DNA of 11,900 nt from positions 1 through 11,900 of the forward strand of contig JAWOEX010000014.1 in NCBI GenBank assembly GCA_046482545.1, read 5' to 3'. Shown one piece after another: positions 7,333 to 11,900 of the stretch. A model generated the notes under the pieces. It was not told the DNA's origin. It saw only the letters and a program-made list of their open reading frames with translations, and made no database searches. Position 1 is the stretch's first letter; every line of letters starts with the position of its first letter. Source of the DNA: Candidatus Thorarchaeota archaeon. GTDB taxonomy: Archaea; Asgardarchaeota; Thorarchaeia; Thorarchaeales; Thorarchaeaceae. The translations under genes and the position numbers were made by a program.

Positions 7333-8376
7333 ATGAAGGAAGCGGTGCTGTATACAAAACTCAAAGATAGGATACGCTGCGACCTATGTGCTAGGAGATG
7401 CGTTATCAAAGAAGGGGAGACCGGATTCTGTAGAGTACGAACTGTGAAGGACGGCAAACTCTATACAAAGGTCTACGGTCTGGTGGATGGACGAGCAGCT
7501 GATCCCATTGAGAAGAAACCGCTTTTTCATTTTGCACCTGGCTCAAGAACCTTCTCCATCAGCACGTCATCATGCAATTTTAGGTGTCAATTCTGTCTAA
7601 ACTACCATTCCTCCCAGCGTGAAGAGCCGGTGGGAACAAAAATGAGCCCTGATGAAATAGTGGAATTTGCAAAAAAGCAGGACTGCCAAGGGATTAGCTA
7701 CACGTATACTGAACCGACCATATTCATGGAGTTGGCACATGATACAGCTGAGATTGCCAAGGAGAACGATATGTACAACACTTTCGTAACTAACGGTTAC
7801 ATGACCAGTGAAGCTATAGATTATATTGCGCCTTATCTGGATGCTGTTACTGTTGATTTCAAAGGTAGCGGAAACAAGAAATTCTACAATGAATACATGG
7901 GCGTGCCTAGGGTCAAACCAATATACGAATCGCTTTTGGACTTCAAAAAGCACGGTGTACATATCGAGGTAACGGATCTCATTATTCCTGACGTTGGCGA
8001 CCATGACGAGGATACGCGACACATGGCTGAGTGGATTGCCGAAAATCTTGGTAAGAGAACGCCAGTTCATATAACGGCTTTTGGGCCTACTTACAAGATG
8101 ACCAACGTCCCGCGGACCCCGCCCGAAATGCTACGACATCACATTGAAACTGTAGAAGATGCAGGATTAGTTTTCGTTTATTCAGGGAACCTAGCTGGTG
8201 ATGATCATGAAAACAGCTACTGCCCAGAGTGCGGTGAAAATGTCGTTGAAAGGTGGTCAGTCTACTTGAAGAAGAATAATCTGACTCAAGAAGGTACATG
8301 CCCGAACTGTGGTAGTGACTTGAATATGCAGGGCATAAAATGGATGGGCAAGGGCAGGAGACAGAGATTGTTCTAA
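7333..8376 (+). CDS. amrS: AmmeMemoRadiSam system radical SAM enzyme (PflA/PflX-like)
   Basis: Likely start is ATG 7333 (MKEAVLY; the track starts at 7315). Motifs: CDLCARRC...GFCRVR, DPIEKKPLFHFAPG, CNFRCQFC (CxxxCxxC), ISYTYTEPTIF, FVTNGY, VDFKG, HIEVTDLIIP, and C-terminal CPECG...CPNCG. Confidence 0.93.
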   Translation: MKEAVLYTKLKDRIRCDLCARRCVIKEGETGFCRVRTVKDGKLYTKVYGLVDGRAADPIEKKPLFHFAPGSRTFSISTSSCNFRCQFCLNYHSSQREEPVGTKMSPDEIVEFAKKQDCQGISYTYTEPTIFMELAHDTAEIAKENDMYNTFVTNGYMTSEAIDYIAPYLDAVTVDFKGSGNKKFYNEYMGVPRVKPIYESLLDFKKHGVHIEVTDLIIPDVGDHDEDTRHMAEWIAENLGKRTPVHITAFGPTYKMTNVPRTPPEMLRHHIETVEDAGLVFVYSGNLAGDDHENSYCPECGENVVERWSVYLKKNNLTQEGTCPNCGSDLNMQGIKWMGKGRRQRLF

Positions 8377-8377
8377 G

Positions 8378-8388
8378 AATATTAATAA
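8378..8388 (+). promoter_or_regulatory. Candidate TATA box for the structured leader / longin gene
   Basis: AATATTAATAA lies just after the amrS stop and about 23-30 nt upstream of the 5' strand of the closing stem at 8411, consistent with archaeal TATA-to-start spacing. Confidence 0.35.
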
Positions 8389-8401
8389 CGCGGCGGTGGA
8401 T

Positions 8402-8505
8402 TTCGACGAATGGAGTAAATTACAACGGAATCATCCGTTGCTAAGCGATAGCCTTTAGTGGGATGATGCACCCCGGGAATAGGCTAACGCTCCACTTGGG
8501 GCGAA
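8402..8505 (+). ncRNA. Putative structured RNA or 5' leader (three-way junction), class unknown; strand inferred
   Basis: Nested complementary segments: TGGAG 8411-8415 / CTCCA 8490-8494; CAACGGA 8423-8429 / TCCGTTG 8434-8440 with a 4-nt loop; GCG-A-TAGCCT 8445-8454 / AGGCTA-A-CGC 8481-8490 enclosing GGG...CCC; possible outer TTCG 8402-8405 / CGAA 8502-8505. Confidence 0.5.
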
Positions 8506-8509
8506 GGAT

Positions 8510-9364
8510 ATGAGGAGCAAATTTGGTATGGAGCCTGATGTTTCCAACGTACGGTATATCTCTGTCATACGGCTTGAAGGGGGAGAAGCAATCGTCAACA
8601 TCCCTTATGGTGAAATGGCGGTTGATTCTGACTTGATAGCTGGATTCGTAACTGCCGTCATCATTTTCGCCAAGACCCCAATTCGAACCATACGCAAGGC
8701 AAATTACGATATATTGATTGAAGTTGGCGATTATGTCCTAGTTTTAATGGTCATTGATCCCGTTGAAGATGAAGAACCATACCGAGTGAAGATTAGACAC
8801 ATTCTTGATAATCTTGAAGAAAAGCATGGTGAGAAATTGGAGCATTTTGAAGGTGACATTCGGCGATTTCGAGAATTTTCTCTCGAGATACTGAGAGAGT
8901 TTCCCTTTTTCCGTCCGAATCTGATGCGTGTGCCGGTTAAGAAGCGGAACGAAGAAGGCATTCCATTCAGAGTCGGCTTGGTGGATCGAAAATTAGAACA
9001 GCTTGAGGATTACATAAATGGAAAAAGAACCGTGGCTGAAATAATTGATCAAATAGCTATTCCGGAAGATGAAGTCATTGCACTCATTTCCGCACTTGCA
9101 AAGTATGATTGTCTGGAATTCCAAAGACGCCTCAATGGGGTTGATGTTCTGGAAATATCCGATTGCCCGAACACAGTCCTTCAACGGTTGATTTCGCAGT
9201 ATGAAGCTGTGGAAGAAATCATGGCATGTGTAGACGGAAAGAAAACAATAGATGAAGTCATTTCAGAGCTTCAGGCTGAAGAGAGCGTTCAGTATGATGA
9301 AAGCGCACTTTGGTTCTTAATCAACAAGATTGTTGATGCAGGTTGCCTAGAACTGGCAGAATAG
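8510..9364 (+). CDS. Longin domain + two winged-helix repeats; NPRL2/Npr2 (GATOR1)-like eukaryotic signature protein
   Basis: N-terminal longin pattern (YISVIRLEGGEAIV...DSDLIAGFVTAVIIFAK...IRTIRKANYDILIEVGDYVLVLMVID...FEGDIRRFREF), then RVPV and two repeats, YINGKRTVAEII...EVIALISALAKYDCLEF and CVDGKKTIDEVI...LINKIVDAGCLEL. The true start may be ATG 8528 (GAGGAG at 8512-8517). Confidence 0.75.
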   Translation: MRSKFGMEPDVSNVRYISVIRLEGGEAIVNIPYGEMAVDSDLIAGFVTAVIIFAKTPIRTIRKANYDILIEVGDYVLVLMVIDPVEDEEPYRVKIRHILDNLEEKHGEKLEHFEGDIRRFREFSLEILREFPFFRPNLMRVPVKKRNEEGIPFRVGLVDRKLEQLEDYINGKRTVAEIIDQIAIPEDEVIALISALAKYDCLEFQRRLNGVDVLEISDCPNTVLQRLISQYEAVEEIMACVDGKKTIDEVISELQAEESVQYDESALWFLINKIVDAGCLELAE

Positions 9365-9365
9365 C

Positions 9366-10187
9366 CTACAAAATAGTGTCATTTCCGGGGGTACCCACAA
9401 CATCACTTCTGCACTGCTTGCAGTGGAGAAATTGTGGAAGATATTCTATGCCTGATATTCTAGCCTGTTTCAGTTCTGCCTTCGTTGGCGGCCGCAAATG
9501 AGACATATTATCCAAGGGAACCAGCGGTATGATGTTTTGGATTTCCACGCCGATATGACCTAGCATCTTTGAGAGATTCTGCATGTCATCAACGTTCAGT
9601 TCAGGGATGAGGATTGTATTGACTTTGATATGTACTCCTGCAGATACGGCTGCTGATATTCCACGAATTTGCCGGCTGACAATTTCTCTAGCCATTGAAA
9701 GACCGGTCGTTCTTTTTCCATCAAATATTGCCCATTCATAGATTTGTTCGGCCGTAGATGGTTTCAAAGCATGCATGGAAACAGTAATAGTTCGAATTCC
9801 GAATTTGAGAAATTTAGGCAGTTCTTCTTTCAGTAACGTCCCGTTTGTGCTAAGACAGAATTCCAAGTGTTCGTAGTTCTTCCTTGCCTGTGAGAATAGG
9901 TGGAATGTTTCTGTGTTTGCTAATGGTTCTCCCGGTCCAGAAATAGCAGCTATATGCAAATTATCTCTATTCTCTACTTCAGTGGCCAGTCTCTCTAGTG
10001 CTTCATCTACAGAGAATAGTTTCGTGGAAAGACCTGGTTTAGATGTATGGCAGCTAAATCCGTACTTGTGGTCACAAAATCCACACTTTAGGTTGCATTT
10101 CCGGGCAACGGGAAGATGAATCCTTTCCCACAGGTTCTCTCTTCGGTTTGACCAACATGGATGATGCTCAAACGGATATCCTTGCAA
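9366..10187 (-). CDS. NifB-like radical SAM protein (stand-alone SAM domain, no NifX domain)
   Basis: HHPCW, RIHLPVARKCNLKCGFC, SCHTSKPG, ISGPGEPLAN, FCLSTNG, KVNTILIPELN, QNIIPL and HCKQCRSDVVG are collinear with NifB motifs, though several are divergent. Confidence 0.85.
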   Translation of the reverse strand: MQGYPFEHHPCWSNRRENLWERIHLPVARKCNLKCGFCDHKYGFSCHTSKPGLSTKLFSVDEALERLATEVENRDNLHIAAISGPGEPLANTETFHLFSQARKNYEHLEFCLSTNGTLLKEELPKFLKFGIRTITVSMHALKPSTAEQIYEWAIFDGKRTTGLSMAREIVSRQIRGISAAVSAGVHIKVNTILIPELNVDDMQNLSKMLGHIGVEIQNIIPLVPLDNMSHLRPPTKAELKQARISGIEYLPQFLHCKQCRSDVVGTPGNDTIL

Positions 10188-10201
10188 AGATTTCAGTCAT
10201 C

Positions 10202-10606
10202 TCACAATATGCCTTTGAGTATTCGGGCAGCTTTCCGCCCCGCTTTTTTGGCGTCATTGAAAATCAAACCTAGCTTAGCGTTGTCTGGTGCAGTAACTGT
10301 AAGAAGATAATCTCCAGGGATAGAAATCACCAACGTAGTTCCAAGTGTTCCCTGTACTATGATTGATTTCAATTCTCCCTGCTTCAGCTCTGTTACTGCC
10401 ATCTCTCCAGCAGATTGTATTCCCCCAACTATTGCAGCAATAGACACCTCTTCTACCCCTGAGTGAATATGGCTGACCAAGGGCAATCCTTCGACTGAAA
10501 AAAGAGCAGCTCCGAGTATGGGCGATTCATTCGAGAGATCCACAAGTAACTCTTTCAGGGGTTCAAGAACCTCTTTGCTCTGATGCTGCAAGTCTTTTTC
10601 CTCCAA
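10202..10606 (-). CDS. Roadblock/LC7 (MglB/LAMTOR-like) domain protein
   Basis: 134 aa: LLVDL...ILGAALFSVEGLPLVSH...EVSIAAIVGGIQSAGEMAVTELKQGELKSIIVQGTLGTTLVISI...LLTVTAPDNAKLGLIFNDAKKA is the typical roadblock pattern. Confidence 0.93.
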   Translation of the reverse strand: MEEKDLQHQSKEVLEPLKELLVDLSNESPILGAALFSVEGLPLVSHIHSGVEEVSIAAIVGGIQSAGEMAVTELKQGELKSIIVQGTLGTTLVISIPGDYLLTVTAPDNAKLGLIFNDAKKAGRKAARILKGIL

Positions 10607-10699
10607 GCATGTATATTATGTACCGACCTTGTACAAATACTACCTTTCTTGATACTTTGGGGGCAAATAAAAGTTAAGCTTACCTTGTGAATGCCTTTC

Positions 10700-11701
10700 T
10701 TATCCAATTAGGCGCATGGAAGTGACTTTATCACTGTGTAATAGCTGGGCGGGTAGCTTCATCACTCGAAGAACATCATTGGCGGCCTCATTCAGTCCCA
10801 CGTTTTTCAGCATCTCTTTCAGCTCAAGACCTGTTGTTATTGCTACACCTTTAATCGGACCATCTTCCTGACAGGACTGTATCAGTTCCTCGGCCGAAAT
10901 GAGCCTGCATTTCAGGTTACAACCCTTCTGTTTCTTTAGATGCCTGATCCCCTTGAGGGCTATACCTCTTTTTTCTCTTTGCTCCTGTGTGTATGTTCTT
11001 TTCCTACTGATTCTTCTAAGACGGGGAAGGCCTCTCTCTATAAGTTCTTTAGATGTAATCTCAGGTCCGTACAATGCCTTCACACTCTTTGTACTAGTAG
11101 TGACAAGCCACGAGGAACCATATTCCGCTTGATATCTCATAGCTTTGAGTAGCTCTGATTCGCTCACCAGCGTTATTGACCTGTATCCCTTGTATTCTAC
11201 TGACATAGACCATCCTGGATTTTTCCCCCTAACGAGCAGATCAGGAGATAGTTTACCTCCTGTTGGGGGAATGCTTGTATTGGTGTCAGGAAGAATCTTC
11301 TGAATCAATCGGGAAAATGCGTGATGGAACAGATTATGTCTGAGGTTCCTTGCTTCTTGCGGATGTCTCACACCAGCATCTCTGAAGAGATTCGGCATCA
11401 AAGCACTATATCCTGTCTTCTTGCGAACTTCGCTCTTAGTTGTCATTCTACCTTTGTCATGATTCTCTCTCACAAGTCGAATGGCTGCTTCCTCTGCGAT
11501 AAGATTGTATGCCTTCCTTCCTAGCTTTTTCTTATTATCCCCTTTCTCTTTGAGTTGACGTTTTGCTTCCTTGTACGCCCAAGATACCACGTTCTTTGCA
11601 TCTTCACCCAGCAAAGAGAGTATGGAATCTATTTTTCTCCAGAGATTGTACCTTCTTACATATCTCTTGATGGGTTCTCCTATTATATTGCGGTTACTCA
11701 A
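10700..11701 (-). CDS. Basic PD-(D/E)xK restriction-endonuclease-like protein
   Basis: 333 aa, K/R-rich. Central LSPDLLV...SVEYKG (PD...ExK) is followed by ELLKAMRY...WLVTT. The N-terminal domain is helical. Confidence 0.7.
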   Translation of the reverse strand: MSNRNIIGEPIKRYVRRYNLWRKIDSILSLLGEDAKNVVSWAYKEAKRQLKEKGDNKKKLGRKAYNLIAEEAAIRLVRENHDKGRMTTKSEVRKKTGYSALMPNLFRDAGVRHPQEARNLRHNLFHHAFSRLIQKILPDTNTSIPPTGGKLSPDLLVRGKNPGWSMSVEYKGYRSITLVSESELLKAMRYQAEYGSSWLVTTSTKSVKALYGPEITSKELIERGLPRLRRISRKRTYTQEQREKRGIALKGIRHLKKQKGCNLKCRLISAEELIQSCQEDGPIKGVAITTGLELKEMLKNVGLNEAANDVLRVMKLPAQLLHSDKVTSMRLIG

Positions 11702-11748
11702 TCTATTCCAACCTGTATTGTCGCTTAGGAATCCGTCCTCATCACAAG

Positions 11749-11900
11749 TTAAAGGATGTCTTTTATCAGTCTGGCTTCCTGCGTTTCTTCGTCATATTCA
11801 ATGAGATTAGCATTTGCTAAGTCATGAATAGCTTTCAGGACCTGTGCAGGCTGGATTCCGGTACTATCCGCTAAGTGTTTTCTGTTGATTGCAGTCTGTA
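11749..11900 (-). CDS. C-terminal winged-helix of a gene entering from the right edge (partial)
   Basis: Not in the ORF track. The minus-strand frame from 11898 reads QTAINRKHLADSTGIQPAQVLKAIHDLANANLIEYDEETQEARLIKDIL with TAA at 11749-11751, an HTH plus beta-wing pattern. Confidence 0.8.
   Translation of the reverse strand, partial: QTAINRKHLADSTGIQPAQVLKAIHDLANANLIEYDEETQEARLIKDIL

Noticed and set aside
7597-8070. 157-aa minus-strand ORF and the other short ORFs nested within or antisense to the called genes
   Set aside because: They overlap well-supported genes and show no recognisable motifs.
8411-8494. tRNA (including tRNA-Sec) on either strand, suggested by GGAG...CTCCA ends and a GCCT/AGGC stem
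   Set aside because: The acceptor stem pairs for only 4-5 bp, there is no TTC-A T-loop, and the arm lengths do not fit a cloverleaf.
8390-8505. 5S rRNA or pistol/hammerhead ribozyme (GCTAAGCG and TTAGT...GGGAATA resemble parts of these)
   Set aside because: The 5S helix II/III-loop C domain is missing, the pistol pseudoknot partner is absent upstream, and there is no CTGATGA/GAAA hammerhead core.
9366-10187. Evidence for nitrogen fixation
   Set aside because: No nitrogenase structural genes are in the window and several NifB fingerprint motifs are altered.
11571-11804. 77-aa plus-strand ORF
   Set aside because: It is antisense to both the nuclease start and the wHTH gene end, and has no protein-family features.

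Overview
Gene-dense archaeal window, most likely from an Asgard archaeon (Thorarchaeia-like). This is an inference from the longin- and roadblock-domain genes, the split Alg13/Alg14 pair, TATA-like AT boxes and GAGG(T)-type ribosome-binding sites. From left to right: a GlcD-like FAD oxidoreductase running off the left edge (absent from the ORF track), coupled Alg14/Alg13 glycosyltransferase subunits, a 244-aa alpha/beta protein of unknown function, a small ferredoxin-like-fold protein, a PD-(D/E)xK nuclease, a transglutaminase-like protein, a 484-aa coiled-coil + C-terminal winged-helix protein, a helical hypothetical, an AmmeMemoRadiSam radical SAM enzyme, a structured ~85-105 nt intergenic element, a longin + tandem winged-helix protein resembling GATOR1 subunit NPRL2, a divergent stand-alone NifB-like radical SAM enzyme, a roadblock/LC7 protein, a second basic PD-(D/E)xK nuclease, and the winged-helix C-terminus of a gene entering from the right edge (also absent from the ORF track). 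The most notable region is 8380-10606: an unassigned multi-stem RNA precedes the NPRL2-like gene, which converges on a roadblock + NifB-like gene pair. No rRNA, tRNA, CRISPR array or transposase was recognised. All assignments are by eye from motifs; no database search was run.
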